Positions 18,019 to 27,266 of a DNA stretch of 64,000 bases are shown piece after piece; the stretch's first letter is position 1, and every line of letters starts with the position of its first letter. Where the stretch lies: the NCBI GenBank assembly GCA_023401595.1, contig JAEXDQ010000037.1, positions 31,701-95,700 on the forward strand, given 5' to 3'. The translations under genes were made by a program, and so were the position numbers. The DNA comes from Spirochaetota bacterium (GTDB lineage: Bacteria; Spirochaetota; Spirochaetia; Sphaerochaetales; Sphaerochaetaceae). Below the pieces are notes generated by a model. It worked only from the letters and a program-made list of their open reading frames with translations. It had not been told where the DNA came from and made no database searches.

Positions 18019-19897
18019 TGATCAATTCCTTCTTCTCAATAAATTTTATGACAGGCGTCTTACGCAGCAGGATGCAAAGGATCCCTAGTGCGAAGCCGAT
18101 ATAGTTGACGACCAAAAACGGCACGAACATCAAAATGACCAGCGCATAGCAGACGCACCGCCCGAATCCTGTGACTTCCTTGAACAAATACCCGACCGTC
18201 CCGCTCGCCACGAAGAACAGACCGAACGCGGCGATCAACAGGTTGGGGATGATCTGGGCAACGGGAGCGTCGAGCAAAAAGCTCGGTTCATACATCCAGA
18301 CATACGGCAAGATGAAAGCGATGATCGCATACAGGAACGCCTTGAATCCGACTTTCGGCGCACTGGCCCCTTTGCTGAGCCCAGCGGCCGCATAGGCGGT
18401 CAACGCCACCGGCGGCGTTATGGTCGAAATAATCCCGAAATAGAATACGAACATATGGGAGGCGATAGGGGTGAACCCCATGTTGACCAACGCCGGAGCG
18501 GCGACCACCGCCACTACGATATACACCGCCGCGGCAGGCAGGCCCATTCCGAGAATCAATGACGCGAACATCGTGAACACCAAAGCGACAAATGGATTGC
18601 CACCGCTGATACTGACGATTGAAGACGTGAACCGAACCCCAAGACCCGTCATACTGATAGCCGCTACGACGATACCGGCAGCGGCGCAGGCCGTGGCGAC
18701 GGGAATGACCTGAATGATTCCGTCCTTGAACGCCATCAGGATCTTCTGGACATTCAGCCGGGTACTCGCCTTGAGGAACGAGACTATGACAAGAATGATT
18801 ATCGACCAGAATACGGTACGTTGCGGAGAGTAGTTGTTGAACAGACATATGATCAAGACGAGCAAAGGAATCAGCAGATGACCGGACCGTACCATCGTAG
18901 CCTTTAGCTTCGGCAGCTTGTCGGCGGGCAGGCCCAGGATGTCGTGCTTGGCGGCCTCTTTGTCGACGATCACGAACAGCACCGCATAATACATGATCGC
19001 GGGAATGATGGCGGCTATGCAGATCTCGCCATACGGCATGTTCAGATATTCAGCCATGATGAAGGCCGCGGCGCCCATCATCGGCGGCATGAGCATTCCA
19101 CCGGTCGATGCGACGGCCTCGACCGCGCAGGCGGTCTCCGGTTCATACCCGGCCTGCTTCATCAACGGAATCGTGAACGTGCCGGTCGTCACGACGTTGG
19201 CTATCGGCGAACCCGATATGCACCCCATCAGACCGGAGGAAATGACGGCGGTCTTCGCCGGGCCGCCACGGAACCTTCCTGCGACGCTATAAGCGGCGTC
19301 TATGAAGAATTCTCCCCCACCGGTGACCTGAAGGAACGACCCGAACAGTACGAACAAAACTATGAACGAAGCGCAAGTTCCCAACGATATCCCGAATATG
19401 CCCTCCGTCGTGAACATCATGTACGGCATGACTCTCGCAAAGGAATACCCTTTGTGCAGAAAGATGCCGGGCATGTATGGTCCAAGCCAAAACAGATAGA
19501 TCAATGATACCGACGCCGTAATCGCCATCGCAAGTCCGGTGGTCCTCCTCGTGGCTTCAAGGACGACGAGTATCAGCATGATCCCAAATACATTGTCCAA
19601 TACCCGGAACAAGGGATCCGACGAAGCCAGCAGTTGGCCTCTAGACGGCCAGATGGCGATCACGTATACGGCGGACGCTATCGCACATATCAGGCACAAC
19701 CAATCGTACCATCGCAGCACTTCGCCGTCTTTCTTCGCCGGATATGCGAGAAAAACCAGCACGGCTATCAGCAACCAGTGATAGGTACGCAGAGTCATCG
19801 TGGAGACCGCTGTAATCCCCGCGATCAGATGAAAAACACCGGCAATCACACAGATAGCGATCACTACGGAATTCAGTATTTTTGAATCCTTTTTCAT
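17999..19897 (-). CDS. TRAP transporter fused permease, TAXI type (paralog of 2339-4201)
   Basis: This polytopic membrane protein is colinear with the other permease. I prefer the ATG at 19897 (MKKDSKILNS, GGAG upstream) by analogy with the paralog's N-terminus. Confidence 0.85.
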   Translation of the reverse strand: MKKDSKILNSVVIAICVIAGVFHLIAGITAVSTMTLRTYHWLLIAVLVFLAYPAKKDGEVLRWYDWLCLICAIASAVYVIAIWPSRGQLLASSDPLFRVLDNVFGIMLILVVLEATRRTTGLAMAITASVSLIYLFWLGPYMPGIFLHKGYSFARVMPYMMFTTEGIFGISLGTCASFIVLFVLFGSFLQVTGGGEFFIDAAYSVAGRFRGGPAKTAVISSGLMGCISGSPIANVVTTGTFTIPLMKQAGYEPETACAVEAVASTGGMLMPPMMGAAAFIMAEYLNMPYGEICIAAIIPAIMYYAVLFVIVDKEAAKHDILGLPADKLPKLKATMVRSGHLLIPLLVLIICLFNNYSPQRTVFWSIIILVIVSFLKASTRLNVQKILMAFKDGIIQVIPVATACAAAGIVVAAISMTGLGVRFTSSIVSISGGNPFVALVFTMFASLILGMGLPAAAVYIVVAVVAAPALVNMGFTPIASHMFVFYFGIISTITPPVALTAYAAAGLSKGASAPKVGFKAFLYAIIAFILPYVWMYEPSFLLDAPVAQIIPNLLIAAFGLFFVASGTVGYLFKEVTGFGRCVCYALVILMFVPFLVVNYIGFALGILCILLRKTPVIKFIEKKELINVNEAV

Positions 19898-19968
19898 ACA
19901 CACTCCAAGGAGTCGCCGCATGCACTCCTTCCCGACCTACAGCGGCGACATAATTCAATTTCGACGCA

Positions 19969-20955
19969 TCATTTCACAAGACCGGCTTCCCTGTAATACT
20001 TCATGGCTCCCGGATGGATATCGACCGTAGTATTCAACGCATTCTCAAGCGTCAGAGTATTTCTCAGACCAGGAATGGACTGATAGACTTCGTCCAGATG
20101 CTCGAACAACGTCTTGGTCATCTGATATACGATTTCTTCCGACAGACCTTCACGGACGATGATGATATTCGCGGTCGCATAGGTCTTGACGACCTCGGGC
20201 TGGCCTGCATACGTGTTGGCCGGCAGATCATACGCAACATAGAACGGATTCTGCTTGATGAACTCCTCACGGTCAGGCATCTCCAGCAATCTGTAGGCTT
20301 TTCCTGACGCGGCGAGCTGCTGGATTGATGATACGGGGATGCCGGCGGGAACGATCGAACAGTCCACCGTTCCATCGAGAATACCCTGGCACCCTTCGGT
20401 GTAGTTCATGTAGCTTGGAGTAAAATCATCGAACGTCAAGCCATAGAACGCCAGAATGGCCTTGATCGTGGACAGGCTCCCGTTTCCCTGGGTTCCTACC
20501 GCCACTACCTTGCCGCGCAAGTCGGCGGGAGTCTTGATATCGGAATTACCACGGACGGCGAAATGCAGCACCCCCGGCTGAAGCCCGGCGGCCAACGCAC
20601 AGAATTTTGGTTCTTTCAAGTTTTCATATGGGGTCATCTGATGTTTCGCGAAATACCCGATATGTTCGTTCGTCAACGCGATATCCAGCTCCCCATCGCT
20701 CATCAGCACGGGGTTCTCCAACGCTCCTCCCGTAATCTCTACGGTAATCTTCGTCGGAAGGTATTTCTCAAACAAAGTCCCAAGCGTCACACCTACAGGA
20801 TAATACGCGCCGCCGGTCCCCGCGGTACCGAACGTCATTACCTTCGGCCACTGGGCGGTCGCGGCGGAGCCGGAAGCATTTTCCTGGGTCCCGTTGGCAA
20901 AAACCGGTACGAGCACCATCAGCAGAACTAAAAACCCGACACAAATTCTCTTCAT
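19969..20955 (-). CDS. TAXI-family TRAP transporter solute-binding protein (paralog of 1371-2339)
   Basis: It has a signal peptide plus the motifs GTAGTGGAYYPVGVTLG and GGALENP. Confidence 0.85.
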   Translation of the reverse strand: MKRICVGFLVLLMVLVPVFANGTQENASGSAATAQWPKVMTFGTAGTGGAYYPVGVTLGTLFEKYLPTKITVEITGGALENPVLMSDGELDIALTNEHIGYFAKHQMTPYENLKEPKFCALAAGLQPGVLHFAVRGNSDIKTPADLRGKVVAVGTQGNGSLSTIKAILAFYGLTFDDFTPSYMNYTEGCQGILDGTVDCSIVPAGIPVSSIQQLAASGKAYRLLEMPDREEFIKQNPFYVAYDLPANTYAGQPEVVKTYATANIIIVREGLSEEIVYQMTKTLFEHLDEVYQSIPGLRNTLTLENALNTTVDIHPGAMKYYREAGLVK

Positions 20956-21004
20956 GTAGACCTTCCTGTCCCTCTCCTTAATGTGAGGAATCGTTGTATT
21001 TTGT

Positions 21005-21022
21005 ATAGAAAACCTTTTCTAT
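21005..21022. promoter_or_regulatory. Palindrome ATAGAAAA-CC-TTTTCTAT upstream of the second TRAP operon (candidate operator)
   Basis: It has 8-bp perfect inverted arms and lies 50-67 nt upstream of the 20955 start. The same core occurs upstream of the LacI-family gene. Confidence 0.4.
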
Positions 21023-21040
21023 TCAGAGTAAAAAAAGTCT

Positions 21041-22063
21041 CTATATCATTCGCACTGAAGAATTCTCGACTATTTTCGTTTCAAGTATCTCCCTATAGTC
21101 GTTGGGTATTTCATCGTCGCCTAAAATCTTTGAAACGGCCAGTTCGCCCAGCCTATAGAACGGAAAATGAACACTTGTCAGTCCAGGACCTCCGATATAC
21201 TCACTATCACTATAGAAACCGCCTGTGCCGACAATGGATATATCGTCAGGAACCTTCAGCCCCCGCTCGGTCACACACTTGATCGCACCATATGCGATAT
21301 GGTCGTTGGAGCAGTAGATCGCGGATACGTGGGCCCCTGAATCCAGCAGCTTCTCACAGTTCTCATATCCACCCTTCGCACTGTAGTCGGACAAGTACAT
21401 CTTCTCAGGATCGTATATCAGTTCATGCGAGGCCAACGCCTGCTGATATCCAGAGAATCGTTCTCCATCAACCAGGTGATCACGATATCCGCCAAAGAAT
21501 GCGATATCCTTATGTCCTTTTGAAATAAGAAATTCAGTAGCACGCTTCCCTACCAGCACATTATCGACGGAGATAATGGGAACAGCGAAGCCCTGCGGAG
21601 CCAGCGCAATGACGCGAGAGCCCTGCTGCTGCAATTCGCGCACGATGGATTGCAATCTTTCAGTCGATTTCTTACGTCCATAGGCACCGGCGCCGATGAT
21701 CACGCCGTCGTATTGTTGTTTGAGAATCAACTGATAATACTTCATTTCAAACTCGGTATCCTGCATGGAGCTGAATACGGTCGCTATGATATCATTCTTG
21801 ATCGCAGTCTCGGTCACCCCTCGTTCGATTTCGCTGAAATAAGGGTCGCTGATATTTCTGACGATCAATGCGATACCGTTTTTCATCCGTCTTCGCAATG
21901 CCTGGGCGGATCTGTTCGGGACAAAATTCAAGGCTTTCGCACTATCCAGAACCTTCTGTCGCAACGCGGAAGAGACCGGATACCCCGTGTCGTTGACGAC
22001 CCGTGATACCGTAGCGATAGAGACCCCCGCATGTTTTGCGACATCGACGATAGAAATCGACAT
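21041..22063 (-). CDS. LacI-family transcriptional regulator
   Basis: It has an N-terminal HTH (IVDVAKHAGVSIATVSRVVN) and a periplasmic-binding-protein-like sugar-binding core. Confidence 0.9.
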   Translation of the reverse strand: MSISIVDVAKHAGVSIATVSRVVNDTGYPVSSALRQKVLDSAKALNFVPNRSAQALRRRMKNGIALIVRNISDPYFSEIERGVTETAIKNDIIATVFSSMQDTEFEMKYYQLILKQQYDGVIIGAGAYGRKKSTERLQSIVRELQQQGSRVIALAPQGFAVPIISVDNVLVGKRATEFLISKGHKDIAFFGGYRDHLVDGERFSGYQQALASHELIYDPEKMYLSDYSAKGGYENCEKLLDSGAHVSAIYCSNDHIAYGAIKCVTERGLKVPDDISIVGTGGFYSDSEYIGGPGLTSVHFPFYRLGELAVSKILGDDEIPNDYREILETKIVENSSVRMI

Positions 22064-22078
22064 ATATACTCCAAACTT

Positions 22079-22092
22079 AGAAAACCTTTTCT
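22079..22092. promoter_or_regulatory. Palindrome AGAAAA-CC-TTTTCT upstream of the LacI-family gene (candidate autoregulatory operator)
   Basis: Its core is identical to 21007-21020. It lies 16-30 nt upstream of the 22063 start. Confidence 0.4.
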
Positions 22093-22249
22093 GTATTTAA
22101 GAAAACCACAGCTTTTTTTTCTTGTCAAGAACAATATTGATTTTTTTCAATCCGTGCGAAGTATATGATAACACCTCTCCCCAAAAACAGAGGGCAAGAA
22201 AGCTACGGGGATGCCCCCTGCTGGTAAAACAGTAATTTGCAATTTTCTT

Positions 22250-22281
22250 GGAACAGGTATGATTTCGGTCATACCTGTTCC
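22250..22281. terminator. 13-bp perfect hairpin (ggaacaggtatga / tcatacctgttcc)
   Basis: The perfect stem has a 6-nt loop and is followed on the plus strand by GCTTTT. No plus-strand gene lies upstream, so its role is unclear. Confidence 0.3.
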
Positions 22282-22320
22282 GCTTTTAGCAGTACATCCA
22301 CGGGGATGAAGCCTATGAGG

Positions 22321-22701
22321 TCATATGAGATATGAATCTTCTGTTTCCTCTTGCCGCTGGACTTGTCTGGCGCTTCTACATAGACCGCCTTGACAAGCTC
22401 TCTGAGTGCGTATTCGCATATTCCAACGCAGATACAAACACTTGCCACAAGTTTTCAATATCGTTTTCTTGACGATCTCTGATGAAGTAATAAAGGTAGC
22501 CGCCATATTATTTAAGACAGGGATTCCGTCAAAAGAATTTGGAACAGATGCCTGAACCGAAAATTCCTGTGCAAAACCTTGCAAAATGGATATTTTGTTC
22601 GTATTTGTAATGCCCTTATTGAAAAGGCCAAAAATCGTAAACGGATCAATATCGACGATGTTGTTTCTGCCTCTAACTTTTGGATACGCTTTCGTTTCCA
22701 T
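22321..22701 (-). pseudogene. Probable N-terminal remnant of a restriction-associated (McrB-like AAA) protein
   Basis: The first ~70 aa (DIDPFTIFGLFNKGITNTNKISILQGFAQEFSV..SFDGIPVLN) resemble N-termini I recall from McrB-type GTPase/AAA restriction subunits. The rest is low-quality sequence and no ATPase domain follows. The region is AT-rich. Confidence 0.3.
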
Positions 22702-22735
22702 AATTACACCCTCTTTATCCTATTTTCCAAAATCA

Positions 22736-23947
22736 TTACAAATTCATTTTTGGCAATCGGTTAAGCAGCCAATCCGAAATGTCAATAATCCTTACGCCCT
22801 CGTACTGATACTCATCGTGCCGAGTACGGGCAATGACCATTTTGGGATAGGCATCTTTAATTTGAAGTAAGGGCGAAACTTCACGTTCAAAAGTCTTGTC
22901 GTCGCTGATATTGTCAGATACCTGTATATAAATCTTCTCGTTTCGTTTGATTGCAACAAAGTCGATCTCTTTCTTGTAAAGCACACCGGCATAGACCTCA
23001 TACCCTCGGCGGAGTAGCTCTATCGCAACCACATTTTCAAGAATTCTGCCATAGTCCATATTTTTCGTACCGAGCTTGGCATAGCGGAACGTGTGGTCAC
23101 TCAGATAATACTTGTCGTTGCTGGATAAATACTTTTTGCCTTTAATGTCGTATCTGCGGACTTTATAAAAGGCAAAGGTATTGCACAAATACTGAATATA
23201 AGAGCTAATGGTGACGTGGTTAACCTTTTCCTTTAAGCCGCTGAATATGTTTGTGATATTTCGTGCCGAGGTCAGATTGGAGATGTTGTCCATCAGGAAA
23301 TCCACAAGTCTGTCCATCAGCTGCATATTGCGGATTTTATATTTTTTGCGAATATCACGAACAATCAATGTATTAAAAACGTCAGCAATATAATCATACT
23401 TGGCTTCTTGATCTTTATAGAGATAGGAGCCAGCCATACCGCCCTCAATCATATACTTATCCACGGCGGCATACTTGTCGCTGTAACCAAAGTACTGCAT
23501 ATATTCGTTGAACGAGAACGGGAATACCTTGATTTCAAATGTTCTTCCGGTAAACAGCGTAGCAAGGTCGGAACTCAAAAGGAAAGCGTTTGAACCGGTA
23601 ATATAAATATCAAACTTTTCAGATGCGTGCAGACCGTTGATTGCTTTTTCAAAGTCAGTACACATTTGGACTTCATCAATCAAAACAAAGTTTTCTTTGC
23701 CTGCCACATACTGAGAATTGATATAGTCGTATAAAGGTCTGTACTCAAGCAAATGGTCAAACTCCGGCAGATTGAAATTGATTTGAATGATATTGTGGGC
23801 GGGTACGTTTTGTTCGATATGTTTTTTGAACGCTTCAAGCAGCTTGGATTTTCCGCTGCGGCGAACACCCGTGATTACCTTGATATCAGGAGTACCAATT
23901 ACATTGATAAGTTTTTCTAAATATTGACTTCGAATAATAAGTTTCAT
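22736..23947 (-). CDS. AAA ATPase with DUF4143 domain (COG1373-type)
   Basis: It has a Walker A (GVRRSGKS), a Walker B (VLIDEVQ) and a C-terminal DUF4143-like region. It is a paralog of 50327-51532. Confidence 0.8.
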   Translation of the reverse strand: MKLIIRSQYLEKLINVIGTPDIKVITGVRRSGKSKLLEAFKKHIEQNVPAHNIIQINFNLPEFDHLLEYRPLYDYINSQYVAGKENFVLIDEVQMCTDFEKAINGLHASEKFDIYITGSNAFLLSSDLATLFTGRTFEIKVFPFSFNEYMQYFGYSDKYAAVDKYMIEGGMAGSYLYKDQEAKYDYIADVFNTLIVRDIRKKYKIRNMQLMDRLVDFLMDNISNLTSARNITNIFSGLKEKVNHVTISSYIQYLCNTFAFYKVRRYDIKGKKYLSSNDKYYLSDHTFRYAKLGTKNMDYGRILENVVAIELLRRGYEVYAGVLYKKEIDFVAIKRNEKIYIQVSDNISDDKTFEREVSPLLQIKDAYPKMVIARTRHDEYQYEGVRIIDISDWLLNRLPKMNL

Positions 23948-24446
23948 GGCGCATCACCTCATAGTAAGTATTATACCAAATATTTCCAATTTCAATAGAT
24001 TTTCAAAAATGGTAAATAGAAATTTACAAATTGGTTGTTTTCACTCTGCTACACTAATTCACACAGATAGATAAAGTTTGATATGCCCGCTTTCGTACAA
24101 CGCATCACACCGCATAAAACAGGCGATTTTCAACCCTAAAACACACAAAAAACAGACGACACCCAACCGAAGTTAAATGTCGCCTGTTTTGTTACCCAAT
24201 CCTGTTCGACAAATGCCGATTTCGTAATTTTTGATTAATTACTGTCTTATCGGCACACGCCCGAAACCGTACTGTTTTTGGGTCAACGGCTCACCTAGCC
24301 CGCCGACCTCTTCCAAGCACGCATGATATTCCGCTCGCCCATCAAAAATTTTCTTTGCCAAACCATGGCGCTGAGACATGCGAGGGACGAAACAGAAATA
24401 GGCCCGCCCGTCGCCCTGGCTTCAGATTGCATGATTACAGATACCG

Positions 24447-25052
24447 TTATAACAACGCCAACGCTTGGAGCTTCGCCCGGAGTTCCTGGGCCGAATGGAA
24501 CTGATAGCCATGCATCCCCACCGAACGCGCCGCCTCGACGTTATCCAACCGATCGTCGGTGAAAAAGAATTCCTCAGGTTTGAGGTTCTCCCGTTTCGCT
24601 ATCTCAATGAAGAAAGCCGGATCCGGTTTCGCGAGATGAAGTGCATCGGAAGTATACGTCATGTCGAATATCGCATAATCATTGCGCTGTTCGTGCCAGA
24701 GCCGATGCGGCGGTTCTACATTCGTTCCAGCGACCACCCGAACGCCATTGGACTTCAAGTCAGATATCACTTGTAGTGTGTCGGTTTTCCGTACTGGAGT
24801 AAAATATTTCGTGTAGAGACGCGGTTCGTCCGGAATACGGACGCCGGTCATCTCCTGGAACAACAGCCAGAACTGTTTTTCGTCCATAAGTCCGCATGTA
24901 AGGTCTTGCAGGACTTTTTGCAGACCGGGACATAATGAAACGAACGAATCCACATGAGTCACGCCAAAGTCACGGAGAAGTTTCCTTTCCATGGTCTCGC
25001 TGGAGAATTCATCTACCACGCCGCCCATATCAAACATGCAGACTTGTATCAT
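24447..25052 (-). CDS. HAD-superfamily hydrolase
   Basis: It has motif I FDMGGVV and a C-terminal FTDDRLDNVEAA, typical of HAD-IA phosphatases. Confidence 0.7.
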   Translation of the reverse strand: MIQVCMFDMGGVVDEFSSETMERKLLRDFGVTHVDSFVSLCPGLQKVLQDLTCGLMDEKQFWLLFQEMTGVRIPDEPRLYTKYFTPVRKTDTLQVISDLKSNGVRVVAGTNVEPPHRLWHEQRNDYAIFDMTYTSDALHLAKPDPAFFIEIAKRENLKPEEFFFTDDRLDNVEAARSVGMHGYQFHSAQELRAKLQALALL

Positions 25053-25697
25053 CGTTCACCTCGTACTTTCACGGATAATGAGCCGGACTACATTCCGTCA
25101 TAGGATCAATGGCGCATGAACATACTTCATTACGACTATCCTATCCGACAAAGTATAGTTTGCATCAGTACCAAACGCAACACCTGATCGGGTGTGCGTT
25201 ATCGGTTCACACTTTGCGTGCCAGCGGAGCAGATAAAGGGAACGGACATGGAGAGCGTAAGATTTTTATTGAAAAAACGCTCTTCTATTTAGCAGGTTTC
25301 TTGTTCCAGCCTGATCGTTAAAAGATTTTTACATGAAGAAATTCGATTTTTCACGATACAGAACACACAGAAACTATCCGAACCTCACAAAACATCTGAT
25401 GCGACATCGTACTGGAATAGAACAGGAATCGTATCGGCGAGAATCGTTCACACAGGTATATGGGAAAACAATTTCGCCGTCAACGATACAATACTGTTTA
25501 TATAATTCTTTCACTTAAAACAGAATATTCAGAATTATCATAACCTCTTTTCGTGGGTGTCCAACTATCCGGCACCTGCTAGCGTAGTCATTTATCAATA
25601 TTTTTTTCTGAAATTCTAAATTTTTGACAGATTTTCTTTACATCTAAAAATTAGTATGATATCCTGACAATATATCAGACACCTAAGGGGGTACGTA

Positions 25698-26666
25698 ATG
25701 AAAAGAATAATTTCCTGTATCTTGGTAATCGCCATGAGTTTCTGTCTGTTCGCGGCAGGTCAGGGCGAGGACAACTATCCAAGCAAGGCCATTGAGCTTG
25801 TCGTTCCGGCGAAAGCCGGCGGTGGTACCGATATCAACGCTCGTGTTCTGGCTACGGAACTCCAGAAAGAGATCGGACAGTCGGTAGCGATCGTGAACAT
25901 TGCCGGCGGAGCCGGTACAATCGCCGCCGCGGAAGTACTCGACGCGCCCGAAGACGGCTACAAGGCGCTTTATTTCCATGCAGATCTGATCATCAACACA
26001 TTGATGGGCATGGCCGACTATGACTGGAAAAACGAGTTCAAAATCGCTGGTATCGTCTCAAGATCCTTTGATTATGCGGTTATCGTTCGAGCGGATGCTC
26101 CATACAATACGGTCGCGGAATTGATAGCATATATCAACAAGACGGGAGCGAAGCCAAAGTACGCGATGGAGACCGGAGGTATCGCACATGTCCTCGCCCT
26201 GGCCTTCCAAGACGAAGCCGGCGTTGAATTCAATCTCGTCGATGTCGGCGGCGCCGCCGACAAGATCACGAACCTCCTGGGCGGCCATGTAGACATCATC
26301 ACCATGCCCTATGGAAATGTCCGTGATTACGTTGCGAACGGAGATTTCAAGGTCATAGGGGTCATGGGCGGAGAGAGAAGCCCGTTCGCTCCGAACATCC
26401 CGACTTTCAAAGAACAGGGACTGGATATCGAACACGAGACGTTCTTTTTCATCGCCTACAACAAAGAGACACCGGACAGCATCGTGCAGTACATGAGCGA
26501 TGCGTTAGGGAAGGTAACCGCAACCGAAGAATTCAAAAAAGGTACAGAAAACCTGCAGTATTCCGTCAGTTACATGGACTCCGCCACCGCGCTCGAGTAC
26601 ATGAAGGATAAGGAAGATGGATACAAACGGTATGCGGAAATCGCTTTGGCGGCACAGAAAAAATAG
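25698..26666 (+). CDS. tctC: Tripartite tricarboxylate transporter substrate-binding protein (TctC/Bug family)
   Basis: It has a signal peptide, YPSKAIELVVPAKAGGGTD and AGGAGTIAAAEV motifs, and is followed by tctB and tctA. Confidence 0.85.
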   Translation: MKRIISCILVIAMSFCLFAAGQGEDNYPSKAIELVVPAKAGGGTDINARVLATELQKEIGQSVAIVNIAGGAGTIAAAEVLDAPEDGYKALYFHADLIINTLMGMADYDWKNEFKIAGIVSRSFDYAVIVRADAPYNTVAELIAYINKTGAKPKYAMETGGIAHVLALAFQDEAGVEFNLVDVGGAADKITNLLGGHVDIITMPYGNVRDYVANGDFKVIGVMGGERSPFAPNIPTFKEQGLDIEHETFFFIAYNKETPDSIVQYMSDALGKVTATEEFKKGTENLQYSVSYMDSATALEYMKDKEDGYKRYAEIALAAQKK

Positions 26667-26747
26667 CGTGATACGACAGGACACGCAAGGCTCGGTGGCG
26701 TGATACGCCACCGGCCTCTATCATTCACAGACAATGTGAGGAAAATC

Positions 26748-27254
26748 ATGTCTACAAAAGTCAAGAATTTTTTTGCGGGAATTCTGTCCATCGTCATGGC
26801 GGTTCTATTTTTCACCAGTTCCCTGGGCATCAGGAGTATCGGGTATTCAGAAATCAGCGCCAGCTTCTTTCCCAAGGCGATCTCAGCCCTGCTGCTGATT
26901 CTCGGTGCGGTTCTGGCAATTCCAAATTGCAGGGAAACGTTCAGTTGGATGAAGGAAAAAGGCTTCCGCAGGGCGGAGGGTGTGAAATCGGCGAATGTCA
27001 CGCAATACATCTTCTCGCACAAACTGGTATTCACAATGGTGCTTGTCGTCGCCTATTGTCTCGGCATAGAACAGGTCGGGTTCTTGACGACAAGCATCCT
27101 CTATCTATTTTTCCAAGCTCTTCTGCTGGGCAATTCATTCAGTAGAAGAAACATCCTTGTGGCACTTATCATTTCGCTCCTGGTCTCAGGAATCGTCTTC
27201 GGCGTATTCCGCTATGGGTTCAAGATCAGCCTGCCCAGCGGCATATTGATATAA
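26748..27254 (+). CDS. tctB: TctB-family small membrane subunit
   Basis: This ~168-aa protein has about four TM segments and sits between tctC and tctA. The ATG at 26748 follows GAGGAAAA. Confidence 0.7.
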   Translation: MSTKVKNFFAGILSIVMAVLFFTSSLGIRSIGYSEISASFFPKAISALLLILGAVLAIPNCRETFSWMKEKGFRRAEGVKSANVTQYIFSHKLVFTMVLVVAYCLGIEQVGFLTTSILYLFFQALLLGNSFSRRNILVALIISLLVSGIVFGVFRYGFKISLPSGILI

Positions 27255-27266
27255 GGAGTCTTCCAC

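Noticed and set aside
24239-24379. A 46-aa minus-strand ORF (MSQRHGLAKKIFDGRAEYHACLEEVGG...), found by manual translation between the HAD gene and the DUF4143 ATPase.
   Set aside because: It has no SD, matches no recognisable family, and is below the size at which sequence alone is convincing.
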